A DNA stretch of 64,000 nt, taken from Prorocentrum cordatum (lineage: Eukaryota). Positions 12,801 to 26,507 of the stretch are shown here, in pieces. The notes under the pieces are model-generated. The model made no database searches, had not been told where the DNA came from, and saw only the letters and a program-made list of their open reading frames with translations. Location: positions 1 to 64,000 of the forward strand of contig CAUYUJ010000052.1 of assembly GCA_963575745.1 (NCBI GenBank), in the 5' to 3' direction. Every line of letters starts with the position of its first letter. Within the stretch, counting starts at the first letter, position 1. The position numbers and the translations under genes are program-made.

Positions 12801-15800
12801 CAAATCTGGCGGGCGAAAGCCTGGAAAATGACGGCCACGGCGCCCTCTCGAGAACCGAAAACGGACAATTCACTAATCGACGTGTCACTATTGGGGGTTC
12901 CGTCCAGCCCCGAATCGGGCGCCGCAGCGTCCCCGAACGCCCTGAGAGCGTTCCGGAACGCTCCGCAACGGATCTACAAGGGCTCCCAGCTTCGCGCTTC
13001 GCGCTCCGCGAAGCGCGAAGCGCGAATAACTTCGCGCTCTCGCGCCGCCCTCCCAAAGGGAGAATAGGAGGACGAGGAGGAGGGGGAGAAGGAACGAGGA
13101 CCGCGAAGCGCGAATAACTTCGCGCCCTCGAGGGAGCCCTTGATCTATCCTCGTCCTGGCCCCATCCGAAGAGAGCCCCCCCGCGGCCCGAGGCCTGCGG
13201 GGCGGCGAAGCAAGAGCGCGAGACGACACAACACGACGCACGTGGGAACCGCACACACACACTAAGACACACACACACACACACACTAAGACACACACAC
13301 ACACACGCACACGCACACGCACACGCGCACGCACACGCACACGCACACGCACACGCACACACACACACACACACGCACACACACACACACTAAGACACAC
13401 ACACACACACACGCACACACACACACTATTTGGCGTCGGCGGCTGGGTAGAAGAAGTGCTCCAGCGATGTGACACCCACACACACAAACACGCACACACA
13501 TATATGGAGTCACTGAGGTATCTGGCCCCTGTCCCAAGGGGCTTCATAGAAACGCCATCGGGCCACGTTCAGTGTTTAATTTTCTGGCCAGTTCTATGGG
13601 CGACAGGTGCCGATCAAAACCTATACACTCTGCCTGGACCGCCATTTGCCACTCGAGTGGTGGACAAACAGAGCGTAGGACAGTGGACATGCCCCTGGCC
13701 TCGAGAAGATCCCCGACACGACGAAGAGCAAGCTTCTCCTCCGTCATCCTCCTCTTCAAGGCCGCCCAGCACCAGCCGAGCCGCGTGGGTTGGCGGCGCG
13801 CACAAGAGGGTAGAAGGAGGGGGGAAGGCTTCTTAGAAGGAGGCTGCTTCTTAGAAGCCGCGGGCCCTACATCTACAGACAAGGCCCGCGCCTTCTGAGA
13901 AGCAGAGGTGCTTCTAAGAAGCCTTATCCCATCCCCCTACCCCCCTCTGCGCGCCGCCAAGTGGGGCGCGCGATGGTCGCTTCGGGCCCCTCCGCCCATT
14001 CAGCGTGACGGCCCTCTGGCCAGGGACCACGCAGCGCGAGGCGCAAGCTTCTTCCCGCCCCTGCTGGTGTAAGGAAGGCCCAGACCTTCCTCCAACGCAT
14101 TGACAAGTTTCAGAACGGAGGCTGGGATGGGGCCCTCGCAAAGCCATGGGACCTTCAAGCAACGACTCGGGATGGAAAACTGGTCTCCGGGAAGGGGTCG
14201 AAACTTCTGGGGACTGCATAGCTGAAAATATGAAGACATGGGATCTCTGGGCACGAAGGCAGCTGTGAGGACAAGCTTGGATCCAGATAGAGCGGGGATC
14301 CAGATAGAGCGGGGATCTCCGAGAACCCGCGGGTCTGGAGGATGTATCGGCCGCTGCGGTCGTTTCACAGCGCTCTGGAACGCGCTGAGGCCTGTCCAGA
14401 ACGCTCTTGAGCGTTGTACCTTTCTCCTAGGCCTGCCTGACGGTGACCTCCTCCAGAGGTGTCCAGAAGCTTCTGGAGGTCCCTGGACGAGCTGAGTGGC
14501 AACGTAGGGGGGGGGACCAGGGGAGACGCGTCGAATTGGCATCGGCCCCAGACCGCTGGCCCCCCATCTTTGCACCCTCGCCTCCAGAGACCTCCACAAG
14601 TTCCTGGAGGTCTCTGGAGGAACCGGGCAGCAGCAACTGATGAAACGTCCGCGCGGACTTCTCGGGCCGGCGCTGGACCCCCTGCCTGGCGAGCAGCGCG
14701 CCGTCTTGCGGCGCCGGAGGAGCCGCCAGGGATTGGTGGCGTGTACACAAGAGAGTAGGGGGGAGGGGGGAAGGGTTCTCTAAGAAGGAGGTTGCTTCTT
14801 AGAGGGTGCCGGCCCAACATCTATAGATCCGCAGGCCCCCTTGCGGGGCCATCAGGCTGCGAAGATTAGGCTTGCAGCTCCCTGTGCCAGTTGCAGTTTC
14901 CAGTTTCCACGGTTACAGCCTTGCTTTCTGCTTCCTTACTGCTAATTGTTGCTGAACGCGCGATGGGGGGGAGCCGAAAAGCGTCCTGGCTAGCGTTCCC
15001 GAATCGCGTTGTCTGAATTCCCGGGGGGTCGTGGGACACGTGAAAATACATCATATTCGCGTCCCCGAGGCCATAATCCTTAGAACAAATTGCGCCATAT
15101 TCGCGTCCCCGAAGACACTAACCCTTGTAAATTATACAATGCTCGCGTCCCCGAAACCGCAGGCCCTTTAAAACATATGCAATGGTCGCGTCTCCGAAGC
15201 CATACATCCGCTTAAATTACACCATATTCGCGCACCCGAAGCCCTAAACCATCGCACATTACAAAACATTCGCACCCCCGAAGCTATAAAGCTTATAACA
15301 TGATACCATATCCGCGTCCCCAGGGCCAGACCCCCCCGCAAATTACAACGTACTTGCGTCCCCGAGGCCACACATCATCGCGAATTATACAATATTCGCG
15401 ACCCCGAGGCCATGAACCCGCGTAAATCACTCATATTTTCCCCCCGAGGCAATCAACGTTTGAAAATTATGCAATATGTGCTCCCCGAGGCCACAAACCC
15501 TAGTAAATTAAGCAACATTCGCATCCCCGAAACCATACACCATGGTAAATTACCTAATAGTCGCGCCACCGAAGACATAAACCCTCGTACGTAAATCAGA
15601 TTGGCCCTCGCGTGAAGTCCCGACATTGCTTCACGTCAGCGTCCAAGACACCCCAACACAGCTCTGGCAAGTCCCACTCGAAGAGAGGGGGGCCGGCGGC
15701 ATGGGGAGGAAGCCGTTACGGATATGAGGCCCATGCCTTCTCAGAAGCAGGGTGCTTCTGTGACGCCTTCCCTCTCCCCCTGCCCCCTTGCGCGCGTGGC

Positions 15801-17887
15801 TGAGGGGAGGCCCAACTCAGATCCAAGAAATCCCACCGGACCTCCGAAAGCAGATGCAGTCTTTCCTTCCCCGAGCCCCAGAGGCCCAGGAGGGGCTGGG
15901 CCAGCCTCGCTCCTCGGCCCCCGACCATGCTCCTCCCGAGGGGCAGCGGTGGAGGGGACCGGCTACGGGAGCGGGACAATCAAACTGGAATTGGCGATAC
16001 ATCGCCGATGCACAGGCTCTCGATGGAGAGTCAGCGCGGTCCTGGACGGGGTGGGCTATCGAGCCCTTATTGGCGATGAATGGGCGATTGGGGGTCGATG
16101 CCGATGCGTCCCCCCCTGAAGCCAACCCCCCTGACATCGCCCACGGGTTTTCGGTTCATAACTCACTCGGCTCTCCAGCGGCCGTTCGGGACAATCCAGA
16201 CGACCAGAACGCTCTCGGCAAGCACAGCCGCTGGAAGGCACCCCGAAGCTACGAGGATCGGCGAAATCGTCTGGATTCCACGGACATCGAAACCTGTGGC
16301 CCCCTTCCTAAACATGCCCCTGACTCCGTCCTTTGTCCCTCCCTCTCTGACCTGGTCCCGCGTCGGCGGGGGCCGAACCCTCGATTATGCTCCTCCTTCC
16401 GTTGCATCTTCGGGGGGCCTCGTCTGTCCCACCACGCCCCTATCCGCGTCGAATCCATGCCGAATACGTGTCGGACTCGTAGAATCCGCGTCGAACCCAC
16501 GGCGAATCCGAGTCGAATCCTTGCCAAGTCTGCATCGAGTCCGCAGCGAGCCCGCGTCGCACACGAGAGAAGACACCGATTTGGAGGACAGACGAGGTCG
16601 GGCCGAACCCTAGAGGCCTCCTAGATAGATGAAGCCGGAAGGTCTCGACGCATCACCGATGCGTCGGCGGCGTCGGCGATGCAGCGGCGACGTCCGCATG
16701 GAAAGATCGGGCTCAATATTGAGCCGCATCGCCGATGCATTATCGTTGTGGACGATCCTTCGACCACATCTGCTCAGACCCCATTCCCAGACCCCTGGCG
16801 TCATGGTTTGTGTCGTGAGGTCGACACCCAGAAGTCTCCACCCGTTCGCTGGGACCGGTTTTTTGTCCTGAGTCGTTTTCAGGGCCCCCGACGCCAAAAA
16901 TAACGAAAAACCTCGCGTCATTTTTTTGTCACATGATTCGAGGGGGTCTGGGTGGTTTGGGAGGCTTTGATCGGGGAGACATAAGTCTCGGATACGGGGG
17001 ACTCGGGTTGGCATGACGGGGCCATCTTAAAAATGACGAGACCCAATCTGAAATTTGGCGCGAGCTCCCGCTGCAAACATCCCACGAAAACTGGACCGTC
17101 GAAATCCAGGACTCCCATCAAAAACGTTGGCAAACCTGAGTTCCGGCTTACTCGAGTCTTACGTTTCCCCGACTACGAGGGGCAACGATAAGGGGGGATA
17201 GGCTCAGGGGGGAATGCATCGACCTGGAATCGGCGATACATCGCCGATAGATCGACTACAGGCTCCCGATCGTGAATCCGCACCTTCCTGGGCGGGGTGG
17301 GTCCCTATCGGCGAACAATGGGTGATTGGGGATCGATGCATCCCCCCCTATGCCTATTCCCCCCCTGTCGTTGCCCCTGAGACTAGAGACCCTCGATCCT
17401 GCTCCTCCCTCCCCGCCTCCCCCGCTGGACCCTGCGCGGCCTGCGAGCGAGCAGGGCGCCAGGCGACGCGCCCGGCCGCCCGCAGCGTAGATGACACGTA
17501 AGAGGGTGTGCTCTGGGGCCAAGGCTGCGCCGCCAGTGGGCCGGGCGAGCCGGTGCGAGGGGAGCAGAGGCGGAGGAGTAGGAGGCGGAGGAGGAGGAGG
17601 AGGAGGAGGCGGAGGCGGAGGAGGAGGAGGAGGAGGCGGAGGAGGAGGAGGAGGAGGAGGAGGAGGAGGAGGAGGAGGAGGAGGAGGAGGAGAGGCGGTG
17701 GCGTAAGGGGCCGCCCAGACCCAGACCGCCTCGGGTCTCGAGAAAAAGCACCACCAGGAGGGTGTTCTGCACCGTCGGGCTCTGGGGGCCCTCACCAGCA
17801 CTCGGGACCGGCGACACAACAGCTCAGGATGAGGAGCTGCTTCCGAGGAGTGGGTCGAAACTTCCAGGGGCCCACGTCATTGATTAA
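822..17887 (+). CDS. Putative multi-exon gene, hypothetical protein (5' part probably outside the window)
   Basis: Hand-assembled, phase-consistent exons in non-repeat islands with AG acceptors and GT/GC donors: 822-866, 2853-2880, 3861-3902, 4439-4486, 6150-6203, 7384-7424, 9771-9837, 10055-10107, 10885-10925, 11204-11251, 13679-13760, 14431-14478, 15821-15883, 17828-17887 (TAA). No homology recognised; individual boundaries are uncertain. Confidence 0.45.
1166..1338 (+). mobile_element. MITE family A (TIR C(T/A)AGGGCTCCC...GGGAGCCCTTG)
   Basis: 11-bp TIR, TSD gtgag; six near-identical copies in the window. Confidence 0.85.
2171..2334 (+). mobile_element. MITE family B (TTAGGTCGGGC...GCCCGACTTAA, 8-bp TSD, hAT-like)
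   Basis: TIRs; TSD gactaccc on both sides. Confidence 0.8.
2595..2767 (+). mobile_element. MITE family A
   Basis: TIRs; TSD tggag. Confidence 0.85.
3022..3182 (+). mobile_element. MITE family B
   Basis: TIRs; no clean TSD, but the flanks share ggcgctcagaacatgca. Confidence 0.75.
3372..3534 (+). mobile_element. MITE family D (TGAAGGGG...CCTCCTGA)
   Basis: TSD aacac; five copies in the window. Confidence 0.8.
3570..3733 (+). mobile_element. MITE family A, left end damaged
   Basis: Same body; flanked by a ~50-bp direct duplication instead of a short TSD. Confidence 0.8.
4125..4291. mobile_element. Fold-back MITE family H
   Basis: Almost fully palindromic, 167 bp; TSD ctata. Confidence 0.85.
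4985..5164 (+). mobile_element. MITE family G (CTCCAGATTTCGTAATAAA TIR)
   Basis: Long TIR; the second copy at 11767-11950 is in the opposite orientation. Confidence 0.8.
6380..6539 (+). mobile_element. MITE family B
   Basis: TIRs; TSD aattgggg/aattggga. Confidence 0.8.
6743..6887 (+). mobile_element. MITE family B
   Basis: TIRs; TSD ccgtcacc. Confidence 0.8.
7456..7609 (+). mobile_element. MITE family D
   Basis: TSD ttcct. Confidence 0.8.
7884..8046 (+). mobile_element. MITE family D
   Basis: TSD gatac/aatac. Confidence 0.8.
9455..9626 (+). mobile_element. MITE family Q (TCGGGG...CCCCGA)
   Basis: TSD gattc; other copies at 12742-12913 and, diverged, at ~47558-47710. Confidence 0.8.
11767..11950 (-). 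mobile_element. MITE family G
   Basis: TIRs; TA flanks on both sides. Confidence 0.8.
12742..12913 (+). mobile_element. MITE family Q
   Basis: TSD atcgg; nested in another repeat. Confidence 0.8.
12977..13142 (+). mobile_element. MITE family A
   Basis: TIRs; TSD atcta. Confidence 0.85.
15050..15590. repeat. Degenerate minisatellite, ~41-45 bp period, ~13 units
   Basis: Recurring core attcgcgtccccga(g/a)gcc. Confidence 0.8.
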
Positions 17888-18759
17888 ATCAAGACGTCGG
17901 GGGTCTGGGAACGGAGACAAACGGAAAACGTGTCCGCACCCCCGTCCTCGCCGTCTGGATTCCGAGGCGCGATCCCGCGGGTACGCGGTCGCAGGGACAC
18001 GTTCCGCGCGAAGGCATCCATCCTCAAAAAAACGTATCCGCGGGGTCGCGACCAGCGAGGCCTCGGAGGGGGAAACGCTTGTTCGCCCACGAGATGGGAT
18101 TCGAGTAGATGGGGTAGGAGGATCGCACCACATCGCCGATGCATCGGCAATGCATCGGCGATCCATAGGCGATCCAGCAGCGACGGCGGATGCTGAACCG
18201 TCAAGGCGTGAAAAGAGTCCAGCTCCAAATGGAGTTGCACCCACGATGCATCGGCGATGCTACTGGATCCACCGACCCCTTCTGCTCAGACCCACCTTTG
18301 CAGGCCTACTGTTTGGCGGTACCCATGAGGGGTCAAGAGAACCGAATAACGCCAGAGAGAACCAGATGAAATTAGCCTGGCGAAGGGTCCAACCATAAGC
18401 AGTTGTGAGTAACGCAGTTGTGAATATCATCTTCGGTGGAGCTCCCTGTGGGGCCACGAGCCCTGTGAGTGGTGTGCCGAAAAGGGTGTGGGGGACTGGA
18501 CGGTGGCACTGGGGCTTTCGGTGGACCCCCTTATGGGGCGACGAAAAGTGTGAAAGGTGTGCCGAAATTGGTGTGGGCGGGGCATGCGGGCGGTGGTACT
18601 AAAGCCTTCGGTGGAGCCCTATGGGGCTACGAAGCGTGTGAGGGGTGTGCCGGAATGTGTGCGGGGGACGCATGTGGACGGTGGAACGGGGGCCTTCGGT
18701 GGAGCCCCGTATGCGGCCACGAAGCGTGTGAAGGGTGTGCCGAAATGGGTTTCCATAGC

Positions 18760-19740
18760 AGCAGTTGCCACGCTCAGGCAGAGGGCGTCGCTCAAGGCGG
18801 CGGCCAGGGACCCTCGCGCGCTGGTGGCGAAGGAGTCGGCGAGGGGCTGGGCCACGGCAGGTTCGCCTGGCGCAGAAGAGGGCGTTGAGGTGCTGCGTAA
18901 GAGGATCGCACTGGTCGCATGCGAGGGTCTGCGACAAAGGCTACGCAGCGTCTGACGAGGTTCGCGCGCGGCCTCTTCCCAGAAGTCGCCCACGGGTGGT
19001 GTCTGGAGTATGAGAAGCTAGAGCATGGGGTCGAGCTCCAGTACGTGAACCAGCCGCTGGGCACCTTCGCGGGGAACCACTTTCGTGGACGGGTAGGCGG
19101 GAGAATGCGGAGGACGATGCCTCGCTGCGCTCGGGTTGGGCGGTGATGATGCGGAGTCCCACAGGCAGGCTGGTCGGCGCGTGGTACGGCACGGTGCCGC
19201 TGCGGTGGGCGCCGATGCAGCAGGCTTGAGACGGCGAGGGCTACGCGTTCCGCATGCCGTCGAGGCGCTGCGCTGCCCAAGCGACAATCTCCTCGCACTG
19301 CCGGGAACAGGAAAGGAGCGCTCGGGTTCGGGAGCGACCGCAACATGCTGTGGAGCAGGAGGTGGACCGAGTTCGGCGACACGGAGGGGATCCAGGTGGT
19401 GCAGGTCTAGGGCCACCAGCACGAGGCGGACCGCAAGAACGAGGAGGACGTCGGGAGGAGGACCACTTCGCATACACCCTGCGAAATGCTTTAGAAATCA
19501 TGGGTTAAGAAATTCATAGTCTCAGAACTTGAGTAAAAACCCAAAATTTCCGTTCAAATCTTAGGATTCACATTGAAAAGTTAAGAATAATCGAGACTCT
19601 GGACGAACACTGAAGTTTTCTTAAGCATCGCCTAAGGTGTAGACAGGAGCGGCGGCTTGGGCCACCAGTGCCCAAAGGGGGGCTGGCGGCGGCAGCCGCA
19701 CACGCGCTAGCCAAGCAGACGGCGCAGTGGATGGCCACGT
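18760..19740 (+). mobile_element. Decayed LINE-type RNase H fragment, interrupted by a TA-MITE
   Basis: Read across frameshifts: FARGLFP...FVDG*A, LRSGWAVMM...AWYGTVP...QQA*DGEGYA, and LW...IQVVQV*GH (KVKGH-like), in RNase H motif order. Confidence 0.6.
19475..19639 (+). mobile_element. TA-MITE (Tc1/mariner-like; CACCCTGCG...CGCCTAAGGTG)
   Basis: ~24-bp imperfect TIR, TA on both sides, AT-rich body; four copies. Confidence 0.8.
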
Positions 19741-19762
19741 CCACTGTGCTGCCGCAGGAGCA

Positions 19763-19957
19763 TCGGGTCGGGCGAAAGGGGGGGATAGCAAAGGGGGGGT
19801 TTGAGAATCAGCTCACGTAGCTGATTTCCCCGGCGCCTCCCAGCGCCGGAGGCGGCTATGTATCGAGGAATGGGCCCCTTGGTGAGGCCAAAACCAGCTG
19901 CATGCAGCAAATTTCGTAACCCCCCCTTTCCCAATCCCCCCCTTTTGCCCGACCCGA
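19763..19957. mobile_element. MITE (TCGGGTCGGGC...GCCCGACCCGA), single copy in the window
   Basis: TIR of ~20 bp; TSD gagca. Confidence 0.75.
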
Positions 19958-21319
19958 GAGCAAGCGGACGCCGAAGGCTTCCTGGAGACCTTCATAGAGC
20001 TATGGGTCCGGGCGGAGGTCGAGGCCGCGGAGGGACAGGCAGGTGGCGATGGCCAGGGGGCGGCGGTTCCAATGGAAACGTTTCGTACCCTCGGGGTTTC
20101 CAGGGGATCCCGAACCAAGGTGGCGGGAGAGCATGGGCGAACGAGTCACCTTGCCCTCCACCGCCGCCGCCGACTCGTTCGGCCCCCGCCTCTTTTCTTG
20201 CGGGCGCGGGATTCCCCAAACCCTCGAGGGCGACGCTTCCAGTGGAAGCGTTTCGTGCCTTCAAGGGTTCGGAGTTCGGGGAGCCCCCGAACCTATAGGG
20301 ACAGAGATAATGTGGCCGAATTAGTCACCTTGCCCTCCGCCGCCGCCACCTTCCCCACCTCCCCACCGAATGCATGTTCAAACAAACGCAAAACGCTCGA
20401 CGCTTCGCGTGCCCCCCACCTGTCCACCCAGACACGACTGAAGGAGGAAGCTATCCTGAGCCATGCTCGACCTCCTGGGACCAGCTTGTGGGTTGGAAGA
20501 GGAGGGGGAAGAGAGGGAGGAGGAAATGGAGGAAGGAGGAAGAGGGAGGAGGCAGGAAAGGAGGAGGGAAGAAACGGACGATGACAAGGAAAGAAAAAGT
20601 CGGGCGTTGGAGATGTGGTGTTGTGAACGGTGCGCGGGTATGTTTTGCGAATGCATATCGTGGCTGTTGGATGTATGTCGTTGTTTAGAGGTGGCATGTG
20701 TTGTTGGAAGTTGTTGTTGAAAGACGGCACAGCTCCCAGATGCCAGAAAGTAAACCAGTACCAACTCCAACTGGAACATTCATGTTGACCCCCAGGATGA
20801 ATGTGTGCTCGTAAGACGTCCATTTGACGTCTGAACCGTCTTGGAATGCTGTACACATGGAATTCTATTGTCGGCTCAAGATGGCTGGTTGTAATTGGTA
20901 CCAATTGTTTTTTGGGGGCCGGTTGAGAAGTGGTCAGGTCGGTTGTAATGTGTACAAATCGGTTGGGGTTGGTCCGACATGCGGTTCGACCTCTCCTCTT
21001 GATGGGGGGATGGGGGGGCACCCTCCGTGGTTCGAACCTCTTCCCTTGCATCTCAGAGCGACCCCCACCCCCTCCGGAAGGCGACGATAGGGAAAACACA
21101 GTCGAAGAAGACGATGCCGACGCTGATGTCGTCGTCGCCATCCTCCTCATCTTCCTCCTCCTGCTTCTCCTCCTCCTCCTCCTCCTCCTCCTCCTCCCTC
21201 TTTTTCTTAGGAGGACCCGACCACCACAACCACCACCGCCAACCACCGCCCCACACCCAAAAGGAGGGGGGACCGGGGGGGGCGCTGGCATCAACATGAG
21301 GGGGGGAAACCTTAGACCG

Positions 21320-21359
21320 TATATGGTACGTGTGTATGTATACACATATCTATGTATAC

Positions 21360-21397
<38 letters not shown>

Positions 21398-21880
21398 TGT
21401 GTGCATGACTATATGTTTATATGCCTAGGCACATATGTAAGTATGCGTATGTGTGTATGTATGTATGTATGAATGTATGGATGGATAGATGGATGGATGG
21501 ATGGATGAATGTATGTGTGTATGCATGGGCGTGAGTGTGTATGTGTACGTATGTATATGTGTACATATGTGTATATGTATGTCGGTATGTCTGTCTGTCG
21601 GCTTGTATGTATGTATGCATGGATGTAGGTCTGTGTATGTATGTATGCACGCTTGTATGCCTACATGCATGCATTGCTGATGTGTGTATGTTGGTGTATA
21701 CGTATGCATGTATGCATGCATGTACTTAGTTGTGTGTAGGTAGGTAGTTGGGCTGGAAAGTGGTTGTGTATGTATGACGTATACATGTTTGTATGTATTT
21801 AAGTATGTAGGTATGTATGCATGGAGATGCGTTGATCTCTGTACGCATACACCTGTCGATGTGTATACACGTGTATGCCT
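21320..21880. repeat. (TATG/TA)n low-complexity tract
   Basis: Seen directly. Similar tracts at 36510-37000, 39900-40070 and 40490-41260; (CA)n at 13250-13500. Confidence 0.9.
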
Positions 21881-22734
21881 ACAAAAACTAGAACCACGCG
21901 CGCCAGTATGATCAAAGCGATCCCAAAGGCGGGGTCAAAGACAGTGAACGACTCCAGGACACCAAGACAGAGGCTGTCCTAGCGAAGACTCTCACGGCGC
22001 CTTCGAGGCCACATATCATCCGATAAAACTCATGCTGGAGCGTCTGTGACGAGTGTCATGCGAAGCTTTTTTGAAAAGTTCTCGCGGGCAGCTCAGAATG
22101 CGTCTTGAGACCTCCTGTGCGGTCTTGAGGTCCTCGGTTATATGGCATACAGCATCGGGCCCATCAGGGATACCTTGGGGGGGTTCGGGATCGCCCTCAA
22201 CCTCTCTATGGGCACTCTTGCGTGGAGCTTCTCTCAGACGGTCGCGGCCCCAATTAAGAGCGCTTTTGTGGGCTCGCTGTGTCAATCTTGTGGCGATCAT
22301 GTGTCCCTCGTCTGGAAGTTCCGCACAGTGATGTGTATGGAATGTGTCCATGCCATTCCGTTGTTGTGGTGCTGACCCTTCGCGCACAAGAACCTGAGCG
22401 CGCGAAGCGCGCTGAAGCGCGTGGTCACCAGTCAAGGCAGCAACCCCACGAAGCACCAGGAGATATCAGCAGGTATGCGGTAGGACTAGACGGAGACGGA
22501 GGATCGCGCCGCACCGCCGATGTATCGCCGATGTATCGGCGATGCAACGGCAACGTCGGCGATGCATCGTCGACGTCGGCGTGGAGACCACCAGGCTCCA
22601 CATCGAGCCGCATCGCCGCAGGAGACACGGAGCGGTGGGATGTGAAGCGAGGCGCAGGGCGAAATTGAGGTCAGGTGCGTGGGCACCAGGCAGATAAAGA
22701 GAACCTGCTGAGAGCCTCTGTCGGGCGCCGCGCA

Positions 22735-23514
22735 TCACCAGATCCCAGGGATCATCTTCCACCGCTCGGCGGGGTCCCCGCCGTCCCGCTGGCCATCCTG
22801 GTAGAGCTCCACGTACCTGGCGTGCCTATCCTTGGCGAAGGGCGCCATCGCCATGATGGACAGGACGAGGAGGAGCGCCGACGTTGCGTCGAGGGCGTTC
22901 AGCGCGGCGTACCCGACCCAGCTAACAAGCTCGAAGCTGTAGTGCGGGCAGGACACGAGGCCGAAGGGCCCACGCTGCGGTATGAAGTACCGCCCTCGGT
23001 GCTCGCTGCCCGCGGCAAGGCGGTCTTTGCAAGCGCGAAGCCGGCGCAGCTCCCAGTGGCACCAAAAGTTGCCCGCCTCGCCCACGGCGAAGACGCCCAG
23101 CCCGCAGCACGCGAGGAGCGGCGGCGTCGTGCCGTGGCGCCCGAGCGGCTCGGCGCCGACGGCCGCGCCCGCGACGAGGCCCCAGAGCGCGTAGTAAAGG
23201 AGCTCACCGCGCGAGTCGCGCTTGAAGTTCCCAGTGTAGTCGTTGATGAAGAACACTTCGTAGAGCCGCCGCAGAAAGTGCACGCTCCAGCAGGCCAGCG
23301 CGAGGCGCGCCTGGAGCGGGCCAGGCAGCCCGCCAGGCGCCGCGAGCAGGGGCCGACACCTGGAGAACCAGGTCAGCCCAGTCGAGCCATAGCTCCAGCC
23401 AGCGAGGAAGGTGAGCGGGGCGATGGCGTAGCCGCCCGCCCAAGGGTAACGCACCTGAAGCCGATGCAATAACGCACTGGCGAAAATCCGCTCTTGCGCC
23501 GGCTGCGGCACCAT
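22735..23514 (-). CDS. Steroid 5-alpha-reductase / very-long-chain enoyl-CoA reductase (TECR/Tsc13/DET2-like) family membrane protein, intronless, 259 aa
   Basis: Uninterrupted GC3-rich ORF from ATG (23514) to TGA (22735-22737). Family motifs HFLRRLYE, GNFWCHWELRRLR, YFIPQRGPFGLVSCPHYSFE and C-terminal MIPGIW, plus several hydrophobic segments. Confidence 0.9.
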   Translation of the reverse strand: MVPQPAQERIFASALLHRLQVRYPWAGGYAIAPLTFLAGWSYGSTGLTWFSRCRPLLAAPGGLPGPLQARLALACWSVHFLRRLYEVFFINDYTGNFKRDSRGELLYYALWGLVAGAAVGAEPLGRHGTTPPLLACCGLGVFAVGEAGNFWCHWELRRLRACKDRLAAGSEHRGRYFIPQRGPFGLVSCPHYSFELVSWVGYAALNALDATSALLLVLSIMAMAPFAKDRHARYVELYQDGQRDGGDPAERWKMIPGIW

Positions 23515-23538
23515 GGACGGTAAGGCGATGGTCCCCCA

Positions 23539-23560
23539 CTTGAGCAAAACTGGCCACGAG
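23539..23560 (-). other. Relict dinoflagellate spliced leader (DinoSL) upstream of the reductase gene
   Basis: Minus strand reads CTCGTGGCCAGTTTTGCTCAAG versus DinoSL DCCGTAGCCATTTTGGCTCAAG: 17/22 identical with an intact 3' GCTCAAG. It lies 24 nt upstream of the ATG. Confidence 0.85.
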
Positions 23561-23566
23561 GGTCCC

Positions 23567-26507
<2,941 letters not shown>

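Noticed and set aside
15050..15590. CRISPR-like repeat/spacer pattern
   Set aside because: The putative spacers are homologous to each other and the repeat core is short and degenerate.
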